A stretch of 64,000 nucleotides of DNA from Candidatus Helarchaeota archaeon (GCA_019058315.1 JAHPZH010000001.1:439536-503535), one strand, 5' to 3'. Shown: positions 1 to 11,882, counted from the first letter of the stretch. Program-made: numbers and translations. The notes: generated by a model from the letters alone, not told the origin.

Positions 1-1
1 T

Positions 2-1117
2 TTTGAATTAAATTATGCAGATTTTAAAATATTATTAACAGATGGTGAGTTATCACGTTTTGCATTTATATTACAAGATAAACCAAGCGATAGTTTCCGT
101 AGCGTTGCACAAGAGACTGTGAATCAATTTGAGGGTGATTATCGTTCCTACCTTATAGATTGGGATGGTGCTGTAAAACCTTTTGGAACTGCAAATCGTC
201 TACTGGCAAGTAAATTTGAAATAGGGTTAAGTCAAGCTTTGAGAGTAAAAAAATTAAGTGAAAAAGAAATGAAACATCTTTCGGATTTATCAGCTGCTTT
301 AGTCAGAATCGCAAAAAGTCAGCAACAACAAAAAAGCGGTAAATTTTTCGTTAATGACATAATGCAAATAGCTGTACAAGCTAGAAAAGAACCTGATTAC
401 GAAATTTATTATGAAATTTACAATCTTTATAAGAATAGGATTCTAATACCAACTTCTAGAAAGGAGGCGTTGGTGGCTGCTAAAGAAATTATAACTCAAT
501 TTCCTCCTCCTGAAGAAAAAAAGGTTAAAGAAGATACAATTAAGAAGGAATCAAAGTTAATAAAAGGAATTTATGTATCCGACTTAATTGATGAAGAATA
601 TGAGAGATTAAGGCAAGAGATGGAATCTATGAGTCCAGCATACCAAAAAATATTTCAGAACGAAATTATGTTTTCTCCAGACGACAAAAGGACTGAAACC
701 GTAAAAAAAATGTTAAGTAAAAGAGAAAAACTACAAAAAAAATTGAACAATAATCTCTTGGACATAGAAAATCTATCAAACAAAGAAACTCCATCCTATT
801 CCGAGATATTTCAAAAAATGGAGGATAACAAAAGAATTTATGAGGATCTTGGAAACGAAGAAAAAGCTTTAATCACAGCTATGGAAATTCAAAAAGTTTT
901 AGAAAAATTTGAGAGTGTAAATGAAATTAAAAGCTTGAGAGTTGACTTATCTAATATTACATCACAAGCGAAAGAGGCAAATGAAAACCAAGAATTCCTA
1001 AAAGCCGCAATATTATATAGGAAAGCTGCAAGGATATATGTTGAATTCGGAAATTTTGAAGATGCCGAAAAATTAGGTGAAATAGCAAGCTATACCGAAC
1101 AAAAATTTACGAATTAA
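2..1117 (+). CDS. 5'-truncated protein: Asgard longin-like domain plus C-terminal helical (SNAP/TPR-like) domain
   Basis: Frame is open from position 2 (FELNYADFKILLTDGELSRFAFILQDKPS...FEGDY...DWDGAVKPF), so the GTG at 119 is internal. The C-terminal ~170 aa are similar to those of the next ORF. Confidence 0.6.
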   Translation, partial: FELNYADFKILLTDGELSRFAFILQDKPSDSFRSVAQETVNQFEGDYRSYLIDWDGAVKPFGTANRLLASKFEIGLSQALRVKKLSEKEMKHLSDLSAALVRIAKSQQQQKSGKFFVNDIMQIAVQARKEPDYEIYYEIYNLYKNRILIPTSRKEALVAAKEIITQFPPPEEKKVKEDTIKKESKLIKGIYVSDLIDEEYERLRQEMESMSPAYQKIFQNEIMFSPDDKRTETVKKMLSKREKLQKKLNNNLLDIENLSNKETPSYSEIFQKMEDNKRIYEDLGNEEKALITAMEIQKVLEKFESVNEIKSLRVDLSNITSQAKEANENQEFLKAAILYRKAARIYVEFGNFEDAEKLGEIASYTEQKFTN

Positions 1118-1288
1118 CTTGACTTTTATGAAATTCCTTTTTTTTTTTAATCAAAATTAATTATTTTCATGTAAATTTTTTAAAAGAATTAGAGGAAAAT
1201 AATATTATTCTAAATTTTTTAAATTATTTGAAACTATATTTTATAGTAGAAAATATAATATAAATTAATTAAATAAAATATAATTGGG

Positions 1289-2740
1289 ATGATAATGGAG
1301 AATATTAGAGATCCAAATGAAAAAAATGTAATTAGTAATTTAACGAAATATTTTGAATTAGAAACAACAGATTTTGAGGTTAATGAGAACGGAAACGTAG
1401 TCATACTCGATTTACATTGCGCAGATTTAGAAGATATTCCAAAAATAATTAGTGATCTTCCTCATTTAGAGGTAATACATTTACATGGAACAAAAATCAA
1501 GACGATAGAGGGATTAGATAAATTTCCAAATTTGGAAGAATTACATATATATGGTAATCAAATCAAAAAAATCAAGGGATTGGAGAATCTCTCTCAATTA
1601 AAAATAATAAATTTAGCGTATAATCAAATTAATAAGATAGAGGGGCTAGATAATCTCTCTCAATTACAGAAATTATTTTTAGAAGGCAATGAAATTAGTA
1701 AAATTGAGAATTTAGAACCCCTAGCTCAATTAAAAGTATTACGACTTGAAGCTAACAAAATTAAGAAAATTGAAGGAATAGGATCTCTTGCTTTACTACA
1801 AGAATTAGATCTATCTGACAATAAAATCGGGAAAATCGAAGGTCTAGAAAATGTTCCTTTACTTAGAACATTAAATCTTAGATTAAATGAGATTCAGAAA
1901 ATTGAAGGATTAGAACATCTGTCTCAATTAAAAACCTTGGACTTAAGAGTAAATTCGATTAAAAAGATAGAAGGCTTAGAAAAACTCACTCAATTAAAGA
2001 CATTGGATCTTAGACTTAATAAAATCACTAAATTAGAAGGATTAGATAATTGTACCCAATTAAAAAATTTAAGATTAGACAAAGAAAATTTAAGTGTGGC
2101 AGATCAAGTTTCATATGAAAAAGGAATAGCTGAAGCAACTGGACAAGTTCAACAAGGAGTAGCTGGAGTCGCTGGTCAAGTAACAGAGGAAATTCCAGCA
2201 GAAATCCATATTCCTAAACTAAAATTTGAGGAAGAAGATTTATTTAAAAAAGCATTACAATCAATGAGTGCAACCAACCAAAACCTATTGAAAAAAGAAA
2301 TTTTAGCAACACCAGATAATAAACGTGCATCTATAGTGAGAACTCTACTTAAGAGTAGAAAAAAATTAGATAAAGCACTTGAAACTAATGTTTCTGAAAT
2401 CGAAAAACTATTAAAAAAGAAAAAACCTCCATTAGAACAAATATTTCAAAAAATGGAAGCTTCAAAATCAATTTATGAAGAACTTGGAAATGAAGATAAA
2501 GCACAATCAACAGCTATGGAAATTGAAAAAATATTGAACAAATTCGATTCTATTTTAATAAAGAAAGAATTGAGTCGCGATGCAGCATTCAAAATAAAGG
2601 AAGCTAAAGCTGCGCTAAGCCGTAAAGATAATATAAAAGCAGCATTACTTTACAGAGATGCAGCCCGCTTATTTTTAGAAATAGGAAATCATGAACAAGC
2701 TGAGTTACTGAGACAAGATAGTATTAATTGTGAAGGTTGA
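1289..2740 (+). CDS. Leucine-rich repeat protein (SDS22/internalin-type) with C-terminal helical domain
   Basis: About ten 22-aa LxxLxLxxNxIxKIEGL repeats. Confidence 0.85.
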   Translation: MIMENIRDPNEKNVISNLTKYFELETTDFEVNENGNVVILDLHCADLEDIPKIISDLPHLEVIHLHGTKIKTIEGLDKFPNLEELHIYGNQIKKIKGLENLSQLKIINLAYNQINKIEGLDNLSQLQKLFLEGNEISKIENLEPLAQLKVLRLEANKIKKIEGIGSLALLQELDLSDNKIGKIEGLENVPLLRTLNLRLNEIQKIEGLEHLSQLKTLDLRVNSIKKIEGLEKLTQLKTLDLRLNKITKLEGLDNCTQLKNLRLDKENLSVADQVSYEKGIAEATGQVQQGVAGVAGQVTEEIPAEIHIPKLKFEEEDLFKKALQSMSATNQNLLKKEILATPDNKRASIVRTLLKSRKKLDKALETNVSEIEKLLKKKKPPLEQIFQKMEASKSIYEELGNEDKAQSTAMEIEKILNKFDSILIKKELSRDAAFKIKEAKAALSRKDNIKAALLYRDAARLFLEIGNHEQAELLRQDSINCEG

Positions 2741-2830
2741 GTTGTTTAATAAACATAGCTTTTTTTTATTTTTTTCACTTATCTAAGTATAATACAATTA
2801 TATATTATTAATAATTAGATAGTTTTTTTA

Positions 2831-4804
2831 ATGCCTTTCAAACTTTACGCTAATTATAAACCAACAGGAGATCAGCCCGATGCTATTCAAGGGTTGATCG
2901 AGGGTTTAAATAAAAATTATAAATACCAAACATTATTGGGAGTTACAGGAAGCGGAAAAACTTTTACTATGGCAAATATTATAGAGAAAATGCAACGCCC
3001 CACCATAGTTATTTCTCATAATAAAACTTTAGCGGCACAATTATATAGAGAGTTTAAAGAATACTTTCCAAAAAATGCTGTGGAGTATTTCGTTTCTTAT
3101 TATAGTTATTTTCAGCCAGAAGCATACATTCCAAGAACTGATACTTATATTGAAAAAGATTCTTCTATTAATGAAGAAATTGACAAAATGAGACTTTCAG
3201 CGACTGTTGCCCTTTCTACCAGAAGGGATGTTATCATTGTCGCTTCCGTCAGCTGCATATATGGTTTGGGATCTCCGGAGAACTATGGGAAACTCACCCT
3301 TAATTTAACTAAAGGTGAAGAAAAAGAAAGAAGCTTTTTAATAAAACAATTAGTAGAAATACAATATGATAGAAATGATATAGCATTTGAAAGGGGCAAA
3401 TTTAGAGTTCGTGGTGACACTATTGATATATTTCCCTCCTATTATGGAAACAAAGCAATAAGAGTAGAATTTTTTGGAGATGAGATTGAACAAATTTCTG
3501 AGATAGATGTATTGAAGGGAGAAATAATAACTAAATTAGACAAAGCCATTATTTTTCCAGCACGTCATTATGTTATCCCTAATGAAAATGTTGATGATGC
3601 AATTAAAGGAATTGAAAAAGAATTAGAAATTCGTTTAAAAGAACTCAAAAGTAATAATAAATTGCTGGAAGCTCAAAGATTAGAGCAAAGAACAAAATTT
3701 GACCTCGAAATGATTAAAGAAACTGGGTTCTGCTCTGGTGTGGAGAATTATTCTCTCTATTTCAGTAATAGAAAACCAGGATCACCTCCATATACATTAT
3801 TGGACTTTTTTCCAAATGATTATTTAATGTTTATAGATGAAAGTCATGTATCAATTCCTCAAATTCGTGGAATGTACTTCGGGGACAAATCTCGTAAAGA
3901 TAGTTTAATTGAATATGGATTTAGGTTGCCTTCTGCATGGGACAACCGTCCTCTTAAGTTTGACGAATTTGTTGAACACGTTAATCAAGTAATCTTCGTT
4001 TCAGCAACTCCTGCCGATTTCGAATTGAATAAAAGTCAACAAATTGCTGAATTAATAGTTCGTCCAACCGGTTTAATAGAGCCAGAAGTAATCGTTAGAC
4101 CTATAAAGGGACAGATTGATGATGTTGTTTCTGAAATCAAGAAAAGGGTTGAAAAGAACGAAAGGGTTTTAGTTACAACCCTAACTAAGAGGATGGCAGA
4201 GGAACTTACTGATTATATTAGAGACCTAAAAATTAATGCTAGATATTTGCATTCTGAAATTGACACAATTGAAAGAACGGAAATTCTTCGAGGTTTGCGT
4301 TTAGGGACTAAACAAGGAGGATTCGATGCTTTAATAGGTATTAATTTATTGAGAGAAGGTCTTGATCTGCCCGAAGTATCTCTCGTTTGTATTTTAGATG
4401 CGGATAAACCTGGTTATCTAAGGTCTGAAATGGCGTTAATACAGACTGCGGGACGTGCTTCTCGTAATCTTAATGGACAAGTTATTATGTATGCTGATGA
4501 TATATCAAGTGCTATGGAAGCAGCAATAAACGAAATAACTAGAAGAAGACAAAAACAGATAGATTATAATAAAAAGTATGACATAAAACCGAGAACCATT
4601 GTTAAACCAATCCAAGATATCCTCTATTCTGTTCCTAAAGTAGAACGATTTAAACCTCAAAAAATGTCTCCACAAGAAATTCTGAAGACCGTATCCCAAT
4701 TAGAAACAGATATGAGATATTATGCTGATAATTTAGAATTTGAGAAAGCTGCACTTATCCGGGATAAGATTATTCAATTGAAAGATCATTTAAAAAGAAA
4801 ATAA
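2831..4804 (+). CDS. uvrB: Excinuclease ABC subunit B
   Basis: GVTGSGKT Walker [28 protein letters not shown]-terminal UVR motif. Confidence 0.98.
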   Translation: MPFKLYANYKPTGDQPDAIQGLIEGLNKNYKYQTLLGVTGSGKTFTMANIIEKMQRPTIVISHNKTLAAQLYREFKEYFPKNAVEYFVSYYSYFQPEAYIPRTDTYIEKDSSINEEIDKMRLSATVALSTRRDVIIVASVSCIYGLGSPENYGKLTLNLTKGEEKERSFLIKQLVEIQYDRNDIAFERGKFRVRGDTIDIFPSYYGNKAIRVEFFGDEIEQISEIDVLKGEIITKLDKAIIFPARHYVIPNENVDDAIKGIEKELEIRLKELKSNNKLLEAQRLEQRTKFDLEMIKETGFCSGVENYSLYFSNRKPGSPPYTLLDFFPNDYLMFIDESHVSIPQIRGMYFGDKSRKDSLIEYGFRLPSAWDNRPLKFDEFVEHVNQVIFVSATPADFELNKSQQIAELIVRPTGLIEPEVIVRPIKGQIDDVVSEIKKRVEKNERVLVTTLTKRMAEELTDYIRDLKINARYLHSEIDTIERTEILRGLRLGTKQGGFDALIGINLLREGLDLPEVSLVCILDADKPGYLRSEMALIQTAGRASRNLNGQVIMYADDISSAMEAAINEITRRRQKQIDYNKKYDIKPRTIVKPIQDILYSVPKVERFKPQKMSPQEILKTVSQLETDMRYYADNLEFEKAALIRDKIIQLKDHLKRK

Positions 4805-4886
4805 GTTCAATCTATTGACAGATTTTTTACTACAAAATTATTTTTATAGAATTAGAAAATCATAGTTATAAAAGTAATGATTCTAT

Positions 4887-5162
4887 TTGGTGAATTTTTT
4901 GGTAAATCACTATAAATTGCACGGTTTGAACATCCCTAAAGAAGTTATAGATAAAGTAAAATGTCCTAAATGCGGATTTTTATTCTCAAAAATGCATTCT
5001 AGAGCAATCTCTTGCATGGGATGCAAGAAGAGTGTAATTGGAGATTGTGGGTTTATTAGATGCCCTAGATGTGACCATGAAATTCCAGGAATAATAAATA
5101 AAAATTTTACAATAAAATTAAAGAGTTATTATGACCAGTTTGGCTGGTCATATAAGAGATAG
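4887..5162 (+). CDS. Small Cys-rich zinc-finger protein upstream of the corrinoid protein
   Basis: CPKC, CMGC, C-x4-CPRC; tightly linked to the next gene. Confidence 0.6.
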   Translation: MVNFLVNHYKLHGLNIPKEVIDKVKCPKCGFLFSKMHSRAISCMGCKKSVIGDCGFIRCPRCDHEIPGIINKNFTIKLKSYYDQFGWSYKR

Positions 5163-5195
5163 GACTCAATTTTATTATTTTAAGGTTGAAAAGCT

Positions 5196-5831
5196 ATGGA
5201 AAAGACTATTTTTGAAAAAATACAAGATTTCCTTGTAAGTTTAAAAATGGAAGAGTGCCTTACTTTAATTAAAAAAGGTATTAAAGAAAAGATCCCTGCT
5301 TATGAAATGATAATGAAAGGTATTTACGAAGCTATGAAGCAGATTGGTGAAAAATTTGAAAAAAGAGAATATTTTTTAGCAGAATTAATGTTTGCATCAA
5401 AAATAACGAACGAAGCAATCGAGTTATTAAAACCTCACTTAAATACTGCATTAGAAACATCAGGGAAAATACTGATTGGAACTGTTAGTGGAGATATGCA
5501 TGATATTGGGAAAAATATTGTTGGTACTTTATTAAAAACGAGTGGTATAGAAGTATATGACATTGGTGTAGATGTGCCAATTGAAGTTTGGATAGAAAAA
5601 ATTAAGGAAATAAAACCAAATATAGTTGGACTTTCTGGTTTGATGGCTGCTAGCGTTTCAAGCATGAGAAACACAATTCAGGCAATAGAAAAAAATCAAT
5701 TACGAGATAAAGTTAAAATTGTAATTGGTGGGGGAACTGTTTCACAAACAGTTGCTGATCAAATAGGGGCAGATGCATACGCGTATGATGCGATGGAGGG
5801 GTTAAAAATTATTAGAAAACTTTTAGATTGA
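5196..5831 (+). CDS. Corrinoid (B12-binding) methyl-carrier protein, MtaC/MttC-like
   Basis: Helical cap domain plus GDMHDIGKNIV (DxHxxG), GLSGL, IGGG. Confidence 0.93.
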   Translation: MEKTIFEKIQDFLVSLKMEECLTLIKKGIKEKIPAYEMIMKGIYEAMKQIGEKFEKREYFLAELMFASKITNEAIELLKPHLNTALETSGKILIGTVSGDMHDIGKNIVGTLLKTSGIEVYDIGVDVPIEVWIEKIKEIKPNIVGLSGLMAASVSSMRNTIQAIEKNQLRDKVKIVIGGGTVSQTVADQIGADAYAYDAMEGLKIIRKLLD

Positions 5832-5844
5832 GTGGTGAATATGA

Positions 5845-6912
5845 ATGTATGATTGGAAATCAAGAATAGAAAGAGTTTCAAATTCACTTTTAGGTGCAGA
5901 AGTCGATAGACCTCCATTTTTAATTATGGCAGCTGAACAAATGATAAGCCGTGTAATGGGTTGTACAATTCATGATTTATATAATGATGGGAAATATTGG
6001 GCAAAGGCTACTATTAAAACACAAGAATTTTTTGGTTCTGATGTTCCTTACGTATGTCTCGATCCCGCTTTACTCACTGCAGAAGCATTTGGAGCTAAAT
6101 TTATTCATCGAAAATATCTAACTTCGACTGCAACTCCCGAAGATAGATTGATTAAAACTCCAGAAGATGTAGACAAACTCGAAATTCCGGATTATAGTAA
6201 ATCAGGTTTATATCCAGAATTAGTTAAAGCCTTTAAATATTTGAAAGAATATACCCATAGCCCTGTAATCGATGGTTTCTTTTTTTCAGATTTAACTTGG
6301 GGTCCCATACAACAATTGAGAGGAGATCAAGCATGGATGGATTTTTATATGAATCCCGACCTACTTCCGAAGCTTGCAGAAAAAATTTATGAAGGAAATC
6401 TAGCCTTATTAGAATATTGGAGAAAAGAATTATGGCGTCCAATGATTGATTTAAACATTGCATATTTGGGAAATAAAGATATGGCTTCATACAAGGATTT
6501 TTGGGAGATTGAAGGAAAATGGATAAAAAAATTTAGACAAAAAACAGGTATGGGGGTAGTTCTTCATAATTGCGGGAGGCAGCCATACTGGGAAGGTATG
6601 ATAAAAGATATCAAGTTACTTGGAGTTCAAGCGACTTTTGATGAATTTGGTAATTCAGATGTAAATTATTGGAAGGAAATGAAGAAAAAACATAATATTT
6701 ATGTAATTGGAACTCTGAATCAAACAGGACCTACATTAACGGGTACTCCAGAGGATGTTGAAAAGGAAGTTATTGAAAATTTGGAAGCTTTAACTCCAGG
6801 TGGAAAGTTTATGTTATCCCATGGATGTGAAGTTGGCTGGGGAATACCTCTAGAAAATATAATGGCTGTTAAAACTGGTGTAGAAAAATTTTCAAAAATG
6901 GGTAACAAATAA
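5845..6912 (+). CDS. Uroporphyrinogen decarboxylase-superfamily methyltransferase (MtaA/CmuA-like)
   Basis: DRPP, AEAFG, LHNCG (HxC) and SHGCE Zn-ligand motifs; adjacent to the corrinoid protein. Confidence 0.8.
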   Translation: MYDWKSRIERVSNSLLGAEVDRPPFLIMAAEQMISRVMGCTIHDLYNDGKYWAKATIKTQEFFGSDVPYVCLDPALLTAEAFGAKFIHRKYLTSTATPEDRLIKTPEDVDKLEIPDYSKSGLYPELVKAFKYLKEYTHSPVIDGFFFSDLTWGPIQQLRGDQAWMDFYMNPDLLPKLAEKIYEGNLALLEYWRKELWRPMIDLNIAYLGNKDMASYKDFWEIEGKWIKKFRQKTGMGVVLHNCGRQPYWEGMIKDIKLLGVQATFDEFGNSDVNYWKEMKKKHNIYVIGTLNQTGPTLTGTPEDVEKEVIENLEALTPGGKFMLSHGCEVGWGIPLENIMAVKTGVEKFSKMGNK

Positions 6913-6981
6913 TTTACAGCAATTTGAGTATTAAATAAAATATAAATACGCAAACTTCTTTCTACTTTTAACTTACTTATA

Positions 6982-7566
6982 ATGCCGGTGACATTTTTGG
7001 AAGAATTGGAAGTAAAAGAAATACAATTTAAAATGAGCAGAGGTATGAGTCCATCTGGTAAACGTTACGAGTATAACACATTATTAATTTTCCAAGTAGA
7101 TAACAATGAACTCGAAATGGGTGTTGGACCAAAGAATTATCTGAGATTAAAAAGATTATGTGGTCAAGAGCTTGATTCTCTTGAAAAAGTTATGGAAAGT
7201 TCCATTATTGAAACTGATACAAAAAATAATCTATTTACATTTTTCAGCCATAAATTCATTCAGCCTAAATTAGAAATTTTATTTTCTGAAATTGAAAAAG
7301 TTATTATTGATAATATCACCGTAAGATTTGCCGTTTTAGGATATTATTTGCAAGCTTCCATTTATTTGATAAATAAACACGTAATAAATAATTTTGATTG
7401 CGGTGAAGCTGCAGTTATGGCTAAAGTCGCAAATAAAAAGATTTTCGTCCTTGAAGATGTATTGAAAAAGAGAGATAAATTTGAAAAAGAAAAAGAAAGA
7501 TATCAAAGAAAAATTATAAGAGAAAAAGAAAAAAGAGAAGAATTAAAACGTAGAATATATGGTTAA
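6982..7566 (+). CDS. Hypothetical protein
   Basis: 194-aa ORF with charged C-terminal helix; no family recognised. Confidence 0.6.
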   Translation: MPVTFLEELEVKEIQFKMSRGMSPSGKRYEYNTLLIFQVDNNELEMGVGPKNYLRLKRLCGQELDSLEKVMESSIIETDTKNNLFTFFSHKFIQPKLEILFSEIEKVIIDNITVRFAVLGYYLQASIYLINKHVINNFDCGEAAVMAKVANKKIFVLEDVLKKRDKFEKEKERYQRKIIREKEKREELKRRIYG

Positions 7567-7704
7567 ATGATTCCATAAACATTATAAACTTAAAAAACTA
7601 CTCTATATTTGATTTTATTTATAATATTTCATTTATTTCATAAACCCTTTTTTATTTAAACTAACTTTCAAATTGTATTATTAACATTTTAATTTGGTAT
7701 TTTA

Positions 7705-10527
7705 ATGACTAAAAATATCTTTGTGAAAGGTGCTAGAGAACATAATCTAAAAAATATCGACGTGGAAATACCTCGCAATAAATTAGTTGTTATTACAGGT
7801 ATTTCAGGTTCAGGAAAGTCTTCTTTAGCATTTGATACTATCTATGCAGAAGGGCAGAGAAGATATGTGGAAAGTCTTTCTGCATATGCTCGCCAATTTC
7901 TTGGAAAAATGATGAAACCAGATGTTGAGTATATCGAAGGGCTATCTCCTGCGATAGCAATCCAACAACGCCCACTTTCACACAATCCCAGAAGTACAGT
8001 GGGTACAGTAACCGAAATATTTGATTATTTAAGGTTACTTTTTGCAAGAATAGGAATCCCCCATTGTCATAATTGTGGTAAACCAATTAAACGACAAACA
8101 GTTCAAGAAATTGTTGATCAAATTTTAAATCTACCCGAACAAACTAAAATTATGGTTCTTGCCCCAGTAATTCGTGGACGAAAAGGTACTTATCAGAAAT
8201 TATTTACTGATTTAAAGAAAAAAGGTTTTGTTCGAGTTAAAGTTGATGATTCAATTTATAATTTGGATGAAAATATACCCCTAGATAAATACAAAAAACA
8301 CAATATTGACGTGATTGTCGATAGATTGGCTATCAAGTCTAAAATTAAGAAAATATTGACTGATTCAATTGAAACTGCTTTAAATTTGGCAGATAAAATT
8401 GTTAAAATCGAAGTAATAGATGAAAAATCCTCAAAAGAATTAATGTTCAGTCAACATTTTGCATGTTTAAATTGTAATCTTTCATTCGAAGAGTTAGAAC
8501 CGAGAAATTTTTCGTTTAACAGTCCATTTGGAAGTTGTCCTGTTTGTGAGGGACTTGGTAGTAGAATGGAAATTGATGCAGGTTTATTAATTCCAGATAA
8601 ATCCCTTTCAGTATATGATGGTGCTATAGCGGCTATAGGAGAATATCGAGATAATTATTATTTTCAAATGCTCGATTGTGTTGCAAATCATTATAATTTT
8701 AGCTTGGATACACCATTCCAAGAATTAGATGAGAAATTTCAAAAAATTATCCTATATGGTTCAAAAGATTCTATCAATTTCAAATTAGAAGGAAACATGA
8801 CTCATGAATATCGTAGAAGATTTGAAGGTATAATTAATGGCATGGAAAGAAGATATCGTGAAACAAAATCAGATTGGAGCAGAGCATATCATATGAAATT
8901 CATGACAAATCGGATTTGTCCTGAATGTAATGGTAAAAGGTTAAAACCTGAATCTTTAGCGGTCTTAATCAATAATAAATCAATTATGGATGTTTGCGAA
9001 TTATCTTGCACTCAGCTTCTAGAGTTTATTGAGAATCTAAAATTAACTGAACGAGAAAAAATTATCTCAAAAGAAGTTCTCAAAGAAATAAAACAAAGAT
9101 TAGAATTCTTGAAAAATGTTGGTTTAACATATTTAACTTTAGACAGAGAAGCAGGAACTCTTTCTGCTGGAGAATCTCAAAGAATTCATTTAGCAACTCA
9201 AATTGGTTCGAATCTAGTTGGAGTCCTTTATGTACTCGATGAACCAAGTATAGGTTTACATCAAAGAGATAATAAAAGATTATTAGAAACTTTAATTAAA
9301 TTACGAGATTTGGGAAATACTATTCTTGTTGTTGAACATGATCATGAAACTATTCTTACTGCAGATCATGTAATCGATCTTGGACCAGGAGCTGGAGAAC
9401 ATGGAGGTACTATAGTTGCATCGGGACCACCTGAAGTAATTATGGAAAATAAGAATTCATTAACTGGAAAATATTTAAGCGGAAAAGAAAAAATCGAGGT
9501 ACCAAAGGCACGACGGGAACCAAAAGGATGGCTTGAAATTAAAGGTGCCCAAGAACACAATCTAAAAAATATTGATGTAAAAATACCTCTTGGAACCTTT
9601 ACATGTATTACTGGAGTTAGTGGTGCCGGTAAAAGTACTCTTGTAAATGATATTCTATATAAAGTATTGGCAAAAAAAATTAATAGATCATCAGTTAAAC
9701 CCGGAAAACATTCTAAAATAACAGGAATCGAACAAATTGATAAAATTAATTTATGTGATCAATCTCCAATAGGTCGAACTCCGAGGTCTAACCCCGGAAC
9801 TTATACCAAAGTATTTGATGACATTCGAGCTTTATTTGCAAAAACCCCTGAGGCAAAAGCGAGAAGTTATAAACCTGGACGATTCAGTTTTAATGTTCGA
9901 GGAGGTAGATGTGAAGCTTGTCAAGGTTATGGCTTGGTAAGAATTGATATGTTTTTTCTTCCTCCTGTATATGTTCCCTGTGAAATCTGTAAAGGTGCTC
10001 GTTTTAATAGACAAACTTTAGAAATAAAATATAAAGGAAAGACGATAGAAGAGGTTCTAAATATGTCTGTAGAAGAAGGTCTAAAATTTTTTGAGAATAT
10101 CCCCAAAATTAAACGTAAACTCAAAATGTTATTTGATGTTGGGCTTGGATATATTAAAATTGGCCAATCCTCACCTACACTTAGTGGAGGAGAAGCACAA
10201 AGAATAAAGTTGGCTAGAGAATTAAGTAAGAAATCCACTGGTAATACTTTCTATATTCTTGATGAACCCACCACTGGTCTCTCTACGTATGATATTAAAA
10301 AACTTTTGAGTGTTTTACAAAGATTAATAGAAAAAGGAGAATGTAATTCTGTTCTGATTATTGAACATAATATGGATGTTATCAAATGTGCTGACTATAT
10401 AATTGATCTTGGACCTGAAGGTGGCGAAAATGGGGGAGAAATTGTTGCTGAGGGATCTCCAGAAAAAATTATTAAAAATGGAGAATCATATACTGGAGAA
10501 TTTCTAAAAGAGTATTTGAATAATTAG
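7705..10527 (+). CDS. uvrA: Excinuclease ABC subunit A
   Basis: GAREHNLKN, two ABC ATPase domains ([16 protein letters not shown]), zinc fingers, LSGGEAQR. Confidence 0.98.
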   Translation: MTKNIFVKGAREHNLKNIDVEIPRNKLVVITGISGSGKSSLAFDTIYAEGQRRYVESLSAYARQFLGKMMKPDVEYIEGLSPAIAIQQRPLSHNPRSTVGTVTEIFDYLRLLFARIGIPHCHNCGKPIKRQTVQEIVDQILNLPEQTKIMVLAPVIRGRKGTYQKLFTDLKKKGFVRVKVDDSIYNLDENIPLDKYKKHNIDVIVDRLAIKSKIKKILTDSIETALNLADKIVKIEVIDEKSSKELMFSQHFACLNCNLSFEELEPRNFSFNSPFGSCPVCEGLGSRMEIDAGLLIPDKSLSVYDGAIAAIGEYRDNYYFQMLDCVANHYNFSLDTPFQELDEKFQKIILYGSKDSINFKLEGNMTHEYRRRFEGIINGMERRYRETKSDWSRAYHMKFMTNRICPECNGKRLKPESLAVLINNKSIMDVCELSCTQLLEFIENLKLTEREKIISKEVLKEIKQRLEFLKNVGLTYLTLDREAGTLSAGESQRIHLATQIGSNLVGVLYVLDEPSIGLHQRDNKRLLETLIKLRDLGNTILVVEHDHETILTADHVIDLGPGAGEHGGTIVASGPPEVIMENKNSLTGKYLSGKEKIEVPKARREPKGWLEIKGAQEHNLKNIDVKIPLGTFTCITGVSGAGKSTLVNDILYKVLAKKINRSSVKPGKHSKITGIEQIDKINLCDQSPIGRTPRSNPGTYTKVFDDIRALFAKTPEAKARSYKPGRFSFNVRGGRCEACQGYGLVRIDMFFLPPVYVPCEICKGARFNRQTLEIKYKGKTIEEVLNMSVEEGLKFFENIPKIKRKLKMLFDVGLGYIKIGQSSPTLSGGEAQRIKLARELSKKSTGNTFYILDEPTTGLSTYDIKKLLSVLQRLIEKGECNSVLIIEHNMDVIKCADYIIDLGPEGGENGGEIVAEGSPEKIIKNGESYTGEFLKEYLNN

Positions 10528-10537
10528 ACCAACTTTA

Positions 10538-10559
10538 GAAGATTTCCCAGCAAATCTTC
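10538..10559 (+). terminator. Hairpin just after uvrA
   Basis: GAAGATTT-cccagc-AAATCTTC, perfect 8-bp stem; a related copy lies at 11367-11388. Confidence 0.45.
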
Positions 10560-10674
10560 GCGCCAGAGTTATCTAATCTCAAAAAAGTGAAATTTGTGCA
10601 TTTTAAACAATAAAATATTAAAATAAATTAGAACATATTATAAACAATATATTTGAATTATTGGAGAATTCTCT

Positions 10675-11367
10675 TTGACTATCGAAATTAGGTTATCTGG
10701 CTTTCTCTATCTGGTTATCTTGGTTTTACAAATTGTAATGGCAGAGTTTGGTTATATATTAGAACCAAAGCCAAAGCATTATGACTCAGACGCTCAGTTA
10801 CCAAAGATTAATAAAAATCCAAAAAAATTTAAAATAAGCATCATATTAGCGCTTATAGAACATTTTAGCGTCATTATATTAGCTATAATGTTGTTTATTA
10901 CTTTTAATCCTTATAATATAATACTTGGAATCGTTTGGACCATCTTTCGATTAGCAGAAGGTTCGATCCAAGTCTATATTGAAAAGGACTACTGGGGAGT
11001 TCTCAATATAGCTAGACAATACCGAGTTGCTAGTGGTACGGAAAAAGATTCATTGAGTGATTCATATCGCAACATTCTTCAAACAAAAAGCTCTAGATTC
11101 GCATTTGGAATGATCTGTTGGGGCATTGGTACACTTGCATATTCAATCATGCTTGTTACCTATGAAGTAGTACCCCTAATTATAGGATGGTTAGGAATTG
11201 TTGCCAGCATTCCCATTGGCTTGGTTAATGGGATAAAACTTATAAAATCTAACTTTAAAGGCTATGAAGTTCTATCTTCCATCAGTGGTCTATTGGCAAT
11301 TATATTTGAAATAATCATCGGAGTATGGTTATTATTTTTTCAAAGGACTCAAAACCTATTTTTTTAG
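10675..11367 (+). CDS. DUF4386-like multi-pass membrane protein
   Basis: About six hydrophobic helices, FRLAEG and VPLIIGWLG motifs. Confidence 0.7.
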   Translation: MTIEIRLSGFLYLVILVLQIVMAEFGYILEPKPKHYDSDAQLPKINKNPKKFKISIILALIEHFSVIILAIMLFITFNPYNIILGIVWTIFRLAEGSIQVYIEKDYWGVLNIARQYRVASGTEKDSLSDSYRNILQTKSSRFAFGMICWGIGTLAYSIMLVTYEVVPLIIGWLGIVASIPIGLVNGIKLIKSNFKGYEVLSSISGLLAIIFEIIIGVWLLFFQRTQNLFF

Positions 11368-11419
11368 AAGATTTTCCAAGAAATTTTCAAAATAAATAAG
11401 CCTGGCAGATTTATATAAT

Positions 11420-11779
11420 TTAAATCTCACCAATAGTTCCAATATTCAATTTATTTTTCCTAAAATATTTTTCTATTTTTCTTGCGAGTTTTTTATATGT
11501 TTTTCCACGATATTTTATCTCATAACTATGTACTTCATAATTAAAGAGTATCATGATACCATATGTCTTATTTAACGGGTCTTTATATTTAATTAAGATT
11601 TCATTTTGCCCAACTTTTACCATCCGCTTAATTTTAGTCCTAGCTTGAGAGATTACAACCCCAAATTCTCCCTTATATAATGCGTCAACAAAATTTTTAA
11701 CAAATTCTTCCAATTGTGTCAACTGCGATAATATTGATAATATTGAAAACGTTTTATTGAAATAAATATCATAAGTCAA
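11420..11779 (-). CDS. Hypothetical protein
   Basis: 119-aa ORF filling the gap between + strand genes. Confidence 0.5.
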   Translation of the reverse strand: MTYDIYFNKTFSILSILSQLTQLEEFVKNFVDALYKGEFGVVISQARTKIKRMVKVGQNEILIKYKDPLNKTYGIMILFNYEVHSYEIKYRGKTYKKLARKIEKYFRKNKLNIGTIGEI

Positions 11780-11882
11780 ATATCGATTTTAGACTTATTA
11801 TTTTAAAACCTTTAATGGTGTTTATTTATCAGTTAACGATTAGATTTAATTTAATTCACTCCGCTTTTTGGAAGTTTAATTT

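Noticed and set aside
10524-10576. Integron attC site
   Set aside because: AAC/GTT ends are present but the RYYYAAC/GTTRRRY consensus is imperfect, the second copy lacks GTT, and no integrase is present; kept only as a repeat.
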